From Acutalibacteraceae bacterium (GTDB lineage: Bacteria > Bacillota > Clostridia > Oscillospirales > Acutalibacteraceae), in the NCBI GenBank assembly GCA_045598065.1, contig JAZLLJ010000030.1, forward strand, positions 7,832-71,831: a stretch of DNA of 64,000 nucleotides. The letters run 5' to 3'. Shown here piece by piece: positions 51,557 through 60,833 of this stretch. Both the position numbers and the translations under genes were made by a program. Under the pieces are notes generated by a model, which saw only the letters and a list, made by a program, of their open reading frames with translations, was not told the DNA's origin and searched no databases. How positions within the stretch are numbered: the stretch's first letter is position 1; the number at the start of each line of letters is the position of its first letter.

Positions 51557-54280
51557 TTATTTTTTATTTTGGTTTCCCGGAAGTGGCTTCGGATTACTCA
51601 GCGGATCGTAAATTCTCTTCGGCGGAGACTTTTTCTTCGGAACATCCACCGCCGCATTGCTCGCTTGAACGTTGCCGTTGTTCGCCGGGACGGCGTTGTT
51701 GTTCGCCGGGACGGCGTTGTTGTTCGCCGGGACGGCGTTGTTGTTCGCCGGAACAGCGTTGTTGTTCGCCGGAACAGCGTTGTTGTTCGCCGGAACAGCG
51801 TTGCCGCCGCCTTGGTTTCCACCACCGACATTACCGCCTCGGTTTCCACCGCCGACATTACCGCCTTGGTTTCCACCACCGACATTACCGCCTTGGTTTC
51901 CACCACCGACATTACCACCTTGGTTTCCACCGCCGGCTACGTTGCCGCCGTTTCCGCCTTGGTTTCCGCCCTTCGGCTGCGCAGGCTTACTCGGTGCCGG
52001 AGCAGGTTTCGATTGGTCCGCACCCACGGCATCCTTACCGTAATACACACCGCCGAGGCCTTTTCCGTCATGGCCTTTTTTGTAGGCATCGTTCTCGGCT
52101 TCGGTATACTTTTTGCCGTTTTCGGCGCGGCCGACGTACTGTTCACCGCGTTCGTTTTTGCCAAGACCTTTCAGCATGGACTGGCGTTCCGACTCGGTAA
52201 ACGCATTGCCCATATCGTCTTTACCAACGTAGGCCTCACCGTCGGCATTAGTGCCAAGACCATAGTCTTGCTGACTCTGCGGAAGCGGTTGTTCGCCTTC
52301 GACATTCGTACCGTTTTCATTGTTCAAAGAGGTAGTGCTTTCCGTCTGGTTCTCGTTTCCGTTGCCCTGCTGATTACTCGGAAGCACGCCGTTTGTATTG
52401 TTGTCTTCGGTATTATTAGCCGTGTTCGTACCGTTTTGGTTAGTGTTATCCGTGGTGGTGTTGTTGTTATTATTATCCTTTTGCTGGTTGTCGGGCAAGC
52501 CATTAGAGTTGTTGTTATTGTTATTGTTGTTGTTTTCGGCTTTCTTCGCAACAGCACCAGCAGCGGCCGCACCGGCAGCGCCGGCAACACCGGCGCCGAC
52601 TTTTTGCGCCAATTTCGCCGCTTTTTCTTTCTTCGCAGCTTCTTTCTTATCCTTTTCGCGATCTTTTTTCGCCTGTTTCTTCTCGCCGAGCGGATCATCC
52701 GGATCCTCGCCGCCGAAGTGCTTACCGAAGTGACGGCCGAACTGACGGTCAGCCAAATCGTTGGTATTCGATGCCTGGATAGCGGCAAAGCCCGCGTTGT
52801 TCGCCAAGATACCGGTGAGGATGCCGCTGAAACGGCTGACACCTTCCATCATACCGGTGATAAGTAAACCTTTGGCAACCACGTTTAACGTGGCGGAAGG
52901 AAGCAGAATCAAATTCGAATCCATCACCATAGGAACGAACAAAATGACAAGACGCATGGGAATAATGTTGCCGAACACGCCGAACATCTGGATAATCATA
53001 GAAGTCGTCCACTCCTTAAAACGACGACCGTCATCCAAAGACATAGTCGCCGCAAGAGGAGGCGCAATAACATAAAGTCCGACAATGTTTACAAGACGTG
53101 TGCAGCAGTTGAGGATACAACGGTACAAGTTTTTCAGTACCCAATATCCCACAAACCAAATCATAAAGTAGGAAATACCGCCAAGCTGATAACGGAAAGC
53201 GGATTTCACGTCGCTAAACGAATAAATGCTCTTTTCGCCGGTATAGAACGCACCGCGCAATCCATCAGAAACACTGGGATTCTTGTTAAAGTTATCATTC
53301 TTCGCCGCATTCATCGTTCCCATAAGGAACACCACGCGGTCAAGGGATGCGCTGTCGGCAGAAGTATATTCGTTTTTGTAACTCTTCAGTGCACGGAAAC
53401 TGGCATCCGTTCGGAGAATATCCATAATATCGGTAAGTGCCTGCGAAGTCTCCGGATAATAGAGATCCATGCTCAACTCGTTTTCGGGGTTGGCCGCATA
53501 TACCAACCGTTCGAGCTCACTTTGCCAGGTATGTATCGGTTTTTGCTCTTCGTCCCGGGTGGGATACACCAAATCGAATATCCCTTTGTCCTGCAAATAG
53601 AGCAGTTTAGGACGAATTTCGTTATAACAAGTATTCAAATTGTAACGATGGTTATACGTGGCGTTCATAGAATACTCATCAATGGTCGTGAGAATATCGA
53701 ACATCACGGCACGATCCTCGTCCGTAAATTCAATCTCTTGCTTTTGAGTAAGCGCTTTATTTTGGTCAAACACGTAACTGACACGCTCGATAAGGACGTT
53801 TGTAAAGGTCATCGTCACCGACATAACAGCGGTCAACATAACCATCACAAACAAACTTTTCAGCATACCGCCGATAATCTGTCCCAGCGACTGCTGCTGT
53901 TTGTCGTTGATATCGAACATCTTTCGCACCACGGCGATAATGGTGAACACAACGGCAAGGACGGCGCCTATCATTACCATTCCCCAATAGATGCCGTTGA
54001 TGGCCTCATTTTCAAAGAACAGGTTGGTCAGATAGGTAAAATCCTCTTTCATCTGCACCTTGCTGATGCCTGCAAACACCGCAAACACCGCGTATGCCGC
54101 TTTGATGATATCGCACCAGGCCCAGGTCAAGTAATAGCAAGCAATTCCAAGGCCTTCTTTGATCGCGTCAAGGATGGCATTACCGATGGCATCCGCGATA
54201 CTGTCAAATACATCGCCGATAACATCAACGATGGAATCAAACACATCGAAAATGCCCATTATTCCCAAGGATCGGAACAT
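51557..54280 (-). CDS. VirB6-like polytopic membrane protein (907 aa) with a ~400-aa Asn/Gly/Gln-rich low-complexity C-terminal region
   Basis: About 8 hydrophobic helices in the first ~500 aa with a large loop, and a position between VirD4-like and VirB4-like genes. The tail has a poly-Asn run, (GGNQGGNVG)n and (NNAVPAN)6. The VirB6 call rests on architecture only. Confidence 0.6.
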   Translation of the reverse strand: MFRSLGIMGIFDVFDSIVDVIGDVFDSIADAIGNAILDAIKEGLGIACYYLTWAWCDIIKAAYAVFAVFAGISKVQMKEDFTYLTNLFFENEAINGIYWGMVMIGAVLAVVFTIIAVVRKMFDINDKQQQSLGQIIGGMLKSLFVMVMLTAVMSVTMTFTNVLIERVSYVFDQNKALTQKQEIEFTDEDRAVMFDILTTIDEYSMNATYNHRYNLNTCYNEIRPKLLYLQDKGIFDLVYPTRDEEQKPIHTWQSELERLVYAANPENELSMDLYYPETSQALTDIMDILRTDASFRALKSYKNEYTSADSASLDRVVFLMGTMNAAKNDNFNKNPSVSDGLRGAFYTGEKSIYSFSDVKSAFRYQLGGISYFMIWFVGYWVLKNLYRCILNCCTRLVNIVGLYVIAPPLAATMSLDDGRRFKEWTTSMIIQMFGVFGNIIPMRLVILFVPMVMDSNLILLPSATLNVVAKGLLITGMMEGVSRFSGILTGILANNAGFAAIQASNTNDLADRQFGRHFGKHFGGEDPDDPLGEKKQAKKDREKDKKEAAKKEKAAKLAQKVGAGVAGAAGAAAAGAVAKKAENNNNNNNNNSNGLPDNQQKDNNNNNTTTDNTNQNGTNTANNTEDNNTNGVLPSNQQGNGNENQTESTTSLNNENGTNVEGEQPLPQSQQDYGLGTNADGEAYVGKDDMGNAFTESERQSMLKGLGKNERGEQYVGRAENGKKYTEAENDAYKKGHDGKGLGGVYYGKDAVGADQSKPAPAPSKPAQPKGGNQGGNGGNVAGGGNQGGNVGGGNQGGNVGGGNQGGNVGGGNRGGNVGGGNQGGGNAVPANNNAVPANNNAVPANNNAVPANNNAVPANNNAVPANNGNVQASNAAVDVPKKKSPPKRIYDPLSNPKPLPGNQNKK
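51668..51803. repeat. 21-bp in-frame tandem repeat, 6 copies (3+3 subtypes)
   Basis: GTTGTTCGCCGGGACGGCGTT x3 then GTTGTTCGCCGGAACAGCGTT x3, encoding NNAVPAN x6 on the minus strand. Confidence 0.9.
51811..51970. repeat. 27-bp in-frame tandem repeat, about 5 copies
   Basis: CTTGGTTTCCACCACCGACATTACCGC units with few substitutions, encoding GGNQGGNVG repeats. Confidence 0.9.
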
Positions 54281-54318
54281 ATCTTAACGCTCTCCCTTCT
54301 TTGTGGATTTGTGCGAAA

Positions 54319-55275
54319 TCAACGCACACGCAATTTCTTTCTGGAAACAACAAGATACGCAATGAGTCCTCCGAGCGTCGCCAACAACAGCAGGGCAAAC
54401 GCGACAGCGGACAGGTTAAAATAAATCAAAATGCGGAAATTATAGGTAGTTTCATTGCCTGCGGCATCCGTGAGAATCAGGTGGTAGACACCGCTTTGTG
54501 TCAATTTGTCTTTCTTTTGAATTTCCCGATTGCCGAGCAGGATTTTAATGGAAACATCCGGCTCCAAATCGGAAATATCCACCGGGCCTTTGGCCACGTT
54601 GTTTTTCACCGCTTCCAATTTCAATGTCGGCGGCGTGTGATCCACTTCAACGCTAAGGGTGTACGGATGGTCAATCACATCACAGCGATAACTGATTGTG
54701 TATTTTCCCTCCGCAGACATATCCGCCACGTTAAAACTAAACGGAGCCTCCGCTCCATCGAGACGGGCATCTGTAATAGTAAACCCCTCAGGAACCATAA
54801 AAGTTTCAAGAAGTCCGGTTTTTTTTGCTAAAATTGTGAAGCGGAGGATTTGTTCGGCGCGAGTACCAACACCCGTAGCCAACAGAATGTATTCTCCGGT
54901 TTCTTCGATGTGGTCATAATCCACATCCTTCACCGTTTCTCCGTCACGGGTAAGTGTCGGAGTGACGCCGGCGGGAATTTTTATTTTCACCGGTTCCGTC
55001 GTGTACATTCCATCCGCCACAGAAGCATAAAAACTACCTTCCGGCGTAACGGTTTCTTTGGTATAGCAAAACATTCCCTCGTTTTTATCGTACCAGGTCG
55101 TTTCGTTGACACAAACAAGCGTGTAGCCGGTTTCCTCGTCCAGAGGTTGGTCGGTATCGGGGTTGATTTGTTCGATGGTGGTGGAAACCGCCGCTGCATT
55201 GAATCCAAGCGACATACACAGCACAACCGTCAAAACTATCGCAATAAGCTTTTTCACGTTCTCCACCCCTCTCAC
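54319..55275 (-). CDS. hypothetical surface protein (318 aa): signal peptide, beta-rich ectodomain, C-terminal TM anchor
   Basis: N-terminal LIAIVLTVVLCMSLGFNAAAV, C-terminal LSAVAFALLLLATLGGLIAYLVVSRKKLRVR. Its start overlaps the stop of the upstream VirD4-like gene by 4 nt. Confidence 0.65.
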   Translation of the reverse strand: MRGVENVKKLIAIVLTVVLCMSLGFNAAAVSTTIEQINPDTDQPLDEETGYTLVCVNETTWYDKNEGMFCYTKETVTPEGSFYASVADGMYTTEPVKIKIPAGVTPTLTRDGETVKDVDYDHIEETGEYILLATGVGTRAEQILRFTILAKKTGLLETFMVPEGFTITDARLDGAEAPFSFNVADMSAEGKYTISYRCDVIDHPYTLSVEVDHTPPTLKLEAVKNNVAKGPVDISDLEPDVSIKILLGNREIQKKDKLTQSGVYHLILTDAAGNETTYNFRILIYFNLSAVAFALLLLATLGGLIAYLVVSRKKLRVR

Positions 55276-57269
55276 TGCTTCAGCACGGTAGCGTTTCGTG
55301 CCTTGATATCATAAAACGCTTCATCCGCTCGGAAAATGTGAGAACGAATCTCGTCCAAATCCATCCGACCGAACTGATAGAAGTCGCATTTGTATGACGG
55401 GGTGTATTTGGTCATCAGCGGATAGTTACCGAACGTCACGATAATGGCGTTACCGGTCGAGGTTTTATTGTTAAGTTTTTGCAAATCCGACGGATAAATA
55501 AGCGGACGAGTCTGCAACTGGTTACTGACGTTCATATCGCCGTCTTTCGAACCGAGACCGGCGGAAGTCGAAGTGGTACGCACCGTTTTGTTACCGCACA
55601 ACTCCGAGAACTCTTTACAAGTGCCGATATCGTTCGAACCGATAAACATTTTCAGCGCACAGTTGGATTTCACAACGTCCGCCACGCCCTCGCCGTAAAT
55701 ATTGTTGAGCTGGGCGTAACTCTGCACCACCATATTGAACCAAATCTTACGGCTACGACCGACGGTAATCATCTTGTCGAATTTCTCGATACGCGGCATA
55801 TTACCGAACTCATCGAGGATGAAATACACGTTGCGCGGCAAAGACAAATCCTCGCGCGCGGACGCGACTTTAATTAAACCCTTATAGAGACTCAGGATAA
55901 ACAACGACGCCAATCCGTGTCGAGTATCCTTTTCGTCCGGGATTTTAAGGAACAACGCCGTGGGACGTTCGGCGAATTGTTCGGCGCGGATATCCGTGGC
56001 CGAAGTCAAGCCGCAAATGCCGCGGTCGTTGAAAATATTCAATTTATCGAAGGTAATAGACATATAGCTGGAAAGCGTTTGATCCGCCGCCGCCAACACC
56101 TGGCGAGACAGCGACACCGCTTGGGACAGTTTGCTTCTGCCCTCAAAATAGCGTTTTAAATGGATATAGTTTTTCTCACTGTTAGTGAGAATCTTGTTAA
56201 GATTAAAGAAATTGAATTTCTCCTTGGTCATGCCGAGGCGTTTATCTTGGCTGTCTTCGAGCATGGCAATGCAGGTCGCCAAAATGATAGAACGGGCACC
56301 TTTTTCCCACAAGGGATCTTTTTCGTTGGTAATGGGGCAAATACCCGAAATGAGGTCGTTTAAGTCCTCGTACATCTCATCGTAAATGCGCTGTTTCGCC
56401 ACAGAAACGTCGTCCTGACAGTGGCGAAGGTCCGTATACGCTTTGCCGTCCCACTCGCACCACACCTCACCGGCAGGCTCGTCATCCATCCGCTTAAGGG
56501 ACGGATAATCATCAAGGCTGTCGCGGTGAGCAAGGATATCCTTGCCCATCTCGGCGTACTGCTGATACATATCCCAAACGGATTCCAACGGATTCCAACG
56601 GGAGGAAGAATAGGTGTCGCGCAAATCGAGCACCATCACGTCATAACCGCGGGATTTCAGGAATTTGGAGTGCATATCGAACAACTCGCCCTTCGGGTCG
56701 GTCATCACCATGCTGGAACCGCAGTTGGTCGCGCCGATTAACTGAATCATGGGGTTAATAAACGTGGTGGTTTTACCGGAACCGGTAGAACCGATAACAA
56801 GCGCATGCGCACCGGACATCATATTGATGTGCATTTGCCCTTTTTTGTCCACAATCGCACGCAACGGCGCGCCGTCTTTCTTTGCATTCGGCAGCATTTC
56901 ATAGGTCAACGGGGTAAACAACTTATCCCGTTCTTTTTCGGTCATATAGCGGCTGTTCTCCAACACGGATTCCACGTCGCCGTTTTTACCTTTTCCCATA
57001 ATGTTGTGACCGCGGCCGAAGTTGCTGCCCATAAAGACCAAAAGCAAAACCAGCGCCACAATCACAAAGCCGGTCAGCCACGTACCGATGGACACCAAAT
57101 ATTTCCAGTAGAGCACGAACGATTCGCCATGAATGATACCTCGTGCGTTGGCAATAATATTACGCAACAGAAAGCCCAAAAGGCCTGCTCCGAACAATGC
57201 AATCGCGCCATACGCAATCAACTTGTCCAGAGGCAGGCTTTTAAACCAATCTTTGAGTTTGTTCATCAT
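55272..57269 (-). CDS. VirD4/TraG-type type IV coupling protein
   Basis: 665 aa. Two N-terminal TM helices. Walker A IGSTGSGKTT is encoded at 56766-56795. The FILDEFGNMPRIEKF...GRSRKIWFNMVVQSYAQLNNIYG block is typical of T4CPs. Confidence 0.85.
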   Translation of the reverse strand: MMNKLKDWFKSLPLDKLIAYGAIALFGAGLLGFLLRNIIANARGIIHGESFVLYWKYLVSIGTWLTGFVIVALVLLLVFMGSNFGRGHNIMGKGKNGDVESVLENSRYMTEKERDKLFTPLTYEMLPNAKKDGAPLRAIVDKKGQMHINMMSGAHALVIGSTGSGKTTTFINPMIQLIGATNCGSSMVMTDPKGELFDMHSKFLKSRGYDVMVLDLRDTYSSSRWNPLESVWDMYQQYAEMGKDILAHRDSLDDYPSLKRMDDEPAGEVWCEWDGKAYTDLRHCQDDVSVAKQRIYDEMYEDLNDLISGICPITNEKDPLWEKGARSIILATCIAMLEDSQDKRLGMTKEKFNFFNLNKILTNSEKNYIHLKRYFEGRSKLSQAVSLSRQVLAAADQTLSSYMSITFDKLNIFNDRGICGLTSATDIRAEQFAERPTALFLKIPDEKDTRHGLASLFILSLYKGLIKVASAREDLSLPRNVYFILDEFGNMPRIEKFDKMITVGRSRKIWFNMVVQSYAQLNNIYGEGVADVVKSNCALKMFIGSNDIGTCKEFSELCGNKTVRTTSTSAGLGSKDGDMNVSNQLQTRPLIYPSDLQKLNNKTSTGNAIIVTFGNYPLMTKYTPSYKCDFYQFGRMDLDEIRSHIFRADEAFYDIKARNATVLKQ

Positions 57270-57293
57270 AAAGATGCCCCGCTTTCTGTCAAA

Positions 57294-57325
57294 CGCTTAG
57301 GCGAGAGTTTCCCCTCGCCTAAGCG
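57294..57325 (-). promoter_or_regulatory. intra-operon stem-loop between the 672-aa gene and the coupling-protein gene
   Basis: CGCTTAGGCGAG-n8-CTCGCCTAAGCG (12-bp perfect stem), followed on the minus strand by only TTT. Confidence 0.5.
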
Positions 57326-57362
57326 GAATTTTCAAATGTATTTTATCCGGTCGATTCTCCTG

Positions 57363-59381
57363 TCAGCGATAAAAAACGTTTTTTTGACCGGACACGGTTT
57401 TCGCGGCGTTATCCATTTTGAGGGTTCCGTTTAACACCGTGGTTCCTTCGTTGTTGAAATAACTACCGGAACTACCGAAAAAGTCTGCCTGGGCTGCCAT
57501 TTTTTCAAGTCCGTCAATGGTCGCATTGTTGGACTTATCATTAAGAATTTTCGGTCCGGGAGTGAATTTTTTTGCATAAAAACCGGCAAAAATACCGGCG
57601 CCACCCCGGTTTTGCACCTCTCCGTCTTCAATCGAAATACCGTTCGGCAACACCATAACGCCCATATTCAGCACCGTTGCCCCTTGGTACACGTACAGAG
57701 GTTGGCCGGACTCACTTCCCATATACAAGGCGGCTTCATTCATTACAATCAATTCGCCGCCGCAATCGTCATACGACGTGGGATCGTCCGTAGTTTTATT
57801 TTCCGCCATATAGTCGCGGATGACTTGGTCACGGTTGGCAATGAAATCATCATAGTCCTCGCGCAACTTTGCCGTATCTTCCTTCAGTTTCTGTTCCTCT
57901 TTTTCCAAGTCTGCAAGAGCCGCCTCAATGCTGGCTCTATCCGTGGGAGAAGCATACTTCAGAGAGGCATTATACGCCAGACGTCTTGATTGGATGGTGG
58001 CATACGGAAGAGAAAACTGCGTTCGCCACGATTCTTCATATTCCGCCAGTTTTTCTTCGTATTTTTCCGTGGCTTTTTTCACGTTGTCGCGGAAGAAGGT
58101 ACTGGAAAATTCCACAGTACTGCCATAGTTATTGATACACCCTTCCGAACCGTTGTCGGTGCATATCGCGGAGTCATTGTTGATGACAATCGTACCGCAG
58201 TTTTCAATCGTACCGCGGTTGTACAAAATACCGGACACCGTCAAGGTGGCACCGGGTTCAATCAACAACCGCGTGCCTTCGTCGATAACGGTATTGCTTT
58301 TGGCGTTGTACGTCGAACCTTTGGTAATGGTGTAGTCTTCTTTAATATCCATCATTTCACGGGAAGTACCGTAGTACAGCGCAAAGTTACTGGTACAAAG
58401 AGGCGGAATTCCTATCAACGGACAGACAACAGCAACACCGGCACCGTCATAACAAAGACCGTATGGAGAAATTTCACCTTCGATACAGAAGGGTAACTGC
58501 ACTTTATCGGGATCGACAAGTTTCGTACCAAATCCGAAAAATCCGGGTTCATTTTTGTTGTCAGCAGTAAGCACAGCACACTCAACATTCGTTAAATACG
58601 TGCCGTTGCCCCAATCCAAATCTAAAGAACCAACAACAATAGGAGACGACATCACACTCAGACTTTTGCCGTCGCCCTTGAAGAGCACGATAGGCGTTCC
58701 TTCATCGGTGTATTTTTTTACATCCATACTCAATTTCGAGTTGTTCTCGGCGGTATAAAACACGTCCGAATCAATCGAAACACCGGAAAGATCGGAGATT
58801 TTCTTTCCTTTCAGCGGTCTAGCAAACGAAAAGTCCCCTGAGCCGGATATCCAAAAGCGCTGCGCCGCCGGGCTTGTCGCCCAGCTTTCTTTGCTGTTTC
58901 CGGCCACGTTATCGCGGAAAGCATCCAACAAGTTGCTGTTGTTGGCATTTGCTACAAAATAGTCGTCAAAACTGTTGTAACCGCTGATAGCACTTTCTTG
59001 CGTTTCCTGCAGATATTTCTTATATGCGGTCAGCATATCAGCAGGCATATTCGCCACGTTACGGCTGGAGATACCGTCGAGATAGAACGAACGGAAAGTG
59101 GATTCTCTTTCGGTTCCCGACAGGGCATACGTCGTTCCGTCGGCAGCCTCCCAGCAGATGTACACCGGCACGTTTTTGCCCACAAAGGCCTTTAAATCGT
59201 TTTTGCCGGTCACACGTTTCCATTCCCATACGGTGGTTCTGCCTCCATTCGCAGAATCGGTTGCTCCCGCCGATGCCGGAACGGCATAGACGGCAAGCAT
59301 GGATGCCGCCGTAAGGCAGGCAAGCGAGAAGGCGAGCATATGTCGCATATTCGATTGAATTCTCTTGAAAACGGCTTTCAT
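57363..59381 (-). CDS. hypothetical secreted protein (672 aa) with a central coiled-coil segment and Gly/Asn-rich beta-helix-like stretches
   Basis: Signal peptide MLAFSLACLTAASMLAVYAVPASA. Segment NRGTIENCGTIVINNDSAICTDNGSEGCINNYGSTVEF. Coiled-coil-like KKATEKYEEKLAEYEE...LADLEKEEQKLKEDTAKLREDYDDF. No family recognised. Confidence 0.65.
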   Translation of the reverse strand: MKAVFKRIQSNMRHMLAFSLACLTAASMLAVYAVPASAGATDSANGGRTTVWEWKRVTGKNDLKAFVGKNVPVYICWEAADGTTYALSGTERESTFRSFYLDGISSRNVANMPADMLTAYKKYLQETQESAISGYNSFDDYFVANANNSNLLDAFRDNVAGNSKESWATSPAAQRFWISGSGDFSFARPLKGKKISDLSGVSIDSDVFYTAENNSKLSMDVKKYTDEGTPIVLFKGDGKSLSVMSSPIVVGSLDLDWGNGTYLTNVECAVLTADNKNEPGFFGFGTKLVDPDKVQLPFCIEGEISPYGLCYDGAGVAVVCPLIGIPPLCTSNFALYYGTSREMMDIKEDYTITKGSTYNAKSNTVIDEGTRLLIEPGATLTVSGILYNRGTIENCGTIVINNDSAICTDNGSEGCINNYGSTVEFSSTFFRDNVKKATEKYEEKLAEYEESWRTQFSLPYATIQSRRLAYNASLKYASPTDRASIEAALADLEKEEQKLKEDTAKLREDYDDFIANRDQVIRDYMAENKTTDDPTSYDDCGGELIVMNEAALYMGSESGQPLYVYQGATVLNMGVMVLPNGISIEDGEVQNRGGAGIFAGFYAKKFTPGPKILNDKSNNATIDGLEKMAAQADFFGSSGSYFNNEGTTVLNGTLKMDNAAKTVSGQKNVFYR

Positions 59382-59447
59382 ACTACATCATCCTTCCGCT
59401 TGCCTGCCGTTATTTCACGGATTCGGCAAACAATTTACTCTCAAAAG

Positions 59448-59852
59448 TTACAGTTTGCTGGCGTCAATGACGTCGCCGCCGCTGACGTTGTCGTTCACCC
59501 ACTCGGCGAGGAGAGGCGTGACCAGGTTCAGGACAAGGATCAAGACGAAGATCAGCACGAAGCCGATAACCGCGTTTTGCAGGTGAGATTTCGCTTTCTC
59601 ACGATCCTGCGGCTCTTCCGCTTTGGCGAATTTCACACCGAGGATGATGCAGTACAGAGCGCCCACGGCAACGACGAGGACGAGGGCCGCCGTCATCAAC
59701 GTGCGGAGAAGGTTAACGATCGGGTCGGTAACTGCTTCCAGGCCCTCACCTTCCGCCAGAACGGCGAAGCCCATGAGCATCGCGGTGCCCATAATGGCAG
59801 CGAGACGCGCGGTCAGTTGTTTTGCGGTGAATTTTTTGCTGAGTTTTTTCAT
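59448..59852 (-). CDS. VirB2/TrbC-like pilin-type small membrane protein (134 aa)
   Basis: Signal-like N-terminus, then two hydrophobic helices separated by a short charged loop (KFAKAEEPQDREKAKSH), the canonical T4SS pilin topology. RBS GGAGGAAC. Confidence 0.55.
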   Translation of the reverse strand: MKKLSKKFTAKQLTARLAAIMGTAMLMGFAVLAEGEGLEAVTDPIVNLLRTLMTAALVLVVAVGALYCIILGVKFAKAEEPQDREKAKSHLQNAVIGFVLIFVLILVLNLVTPLLAEWVNDNVSGGDVIDASKL

Positions 59853-59920
59853 TGTTTGTTCCTCCTAAGAAGTTTTTTTATTTGATTTGCATTGCTGCAA
59901 AAGAAACCAAGTGAATTCGT

Positions 59921-60367
59921 TTACATCATCGGTGCCTGTTTTTCCGGCACGTTCAGTTCCGGCTCATTTACCGTCACCGACACAAGATTGACGTCTTTCA
60001 GTTCGTTTTCGGCGATGCGTGTAAGCTCGTCGGTGAATTTGCCGTTTTCCAAATCGTGGCCGATTTCCTCAGGCGAGCGGTCAACCAACGCCTCAAACGC
60101 CGGCAACTCTTTCATCTGAGTGGCAAGCGCTTCCACGTCCGTTCCGGCAGGTAGACGGTTATTCTGTGCCAAACGGCCGACGGCGGCAGCAGCGGTCAAA
60201 TCGCGCATGTCGCTTTTCGACGCGGTATTTCCGAGCGATTTCAGCTCTTTTTCCGCCTCACGGCCCTTTTCAACGGCCTTGACGGTCGTCACCATGCTCT
60301 CGACCAGCTCTTTCGGAGCGCCGGCCGGTTCGCCGATGGCTTTCGATACTTTCTCTTTCGGTGTCAT
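59921..60367 (-). CDS. hypothetical soluble helical protein (148 aa), tightly coupled to the ECF sigma gene
   Basis: Starts 4 nt after the sigma stop codon. No TM segment and no HxxxCxxC zinc anti-sigma motif. Confidence 0.6.
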   Translation of the reverse strand: MTPKEKVSKAIGEPAGAPKELVESMVTTVKAVEKGREAEKELKSLGNTASKSDMRDLTAAAAVGRLAQNNRLPAGTDVEALATQMKELPAFEALVDRSPEEIGHDLENGKFTDELTRIAENELKDVNLVSVTVNEPELNVPEKQAPMM

Positions 60368-60371
60368 TCCA

Positions 60372-60833
60372 TCATCCCTCTAACTGCGTTTTGAGCGCTT
60401 CTCTTGCCCGCATTAGCGTGACCTTTATCGTGTTTTCCGGTTTGCCGAGAATCTCGGCAATTTCCTTAATCTTCAGGTCTTGTAGGTAGAACAGCGTAAT
60501 GACTTCCCGTTGGGCATCGGGAAGTTTTTGGATAGCGCGCCGCAAATCGAGAATTTCATCGTTTTCGGTGCGTTCCCCTTTGTCGTCGGTCAACCCTTCA
60601 TCCAACTCCACGTCGTACGTCCGGCCGGACAGCATATCTTTCGCGCAGTTGATGGTCACGCGAATGAGCCAGGCCTTGCGATGTTCCTCGCTTTCAAAGG
60701 AGCGTTCCTTCTTGAAATACGCGAGGAACGTCTCGGAGTAAACATCTTCCGCGTCAGCGGGGTTGCGAACATAGCGCATGGCAATTTTATACACCATGTC
60801 GGAATACGTGCGGACGATTTCTTCGCCGTTCAT
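60372..60833 (-). CDS. ECF-type (group IV) sigma-70 family sigma factor
   Basis: Region 2 (AEDVYSETFLAYFKK...KAWLIRVTINCAKD) and region 4 HTH (REVITLFYLQDLKIKEIAEILGKPENTIKVTLMRAREAL). The ORF opens at 60902; the start was chosen at MNGEEIV. Confidence 0.85.
   Translation of the reverse strand: MNGEEIVRTYSDMVYKIAMRYVRNPADAEDVYSETFLAYFKKERSFESEEHRKAWLIRVTINCAKDMLSGRTYDVELDEGLTDDKGERTENDEILDLRRAIQKLPDAQREVITLFYLQDLKIKEIAEILGKPENTIKVTLMRAREALKTQLEG

Noticed and set aside
51668-51970. Possible CRISPR array suggested by regularly spaced near-identical repeats
   Set aside because: The units are directly adjacent, with 21-bp and 27-bp periods and no spacers. They lie inside a long ORF, stay in frame and encode NNAVPAN and GGNQGGNVG peptide repeats. 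No cas genes are present in the window.
59921-60367. Canonical anti-sigma factor for the adjacent ECF sigma
   Set aside because: It has no transmembrane segment, no HxxxCxxC zinc-binding anti-sigma domain and no HATPase kinase motifs. It is retained only as an uncharacterised sigma-coupled protein.
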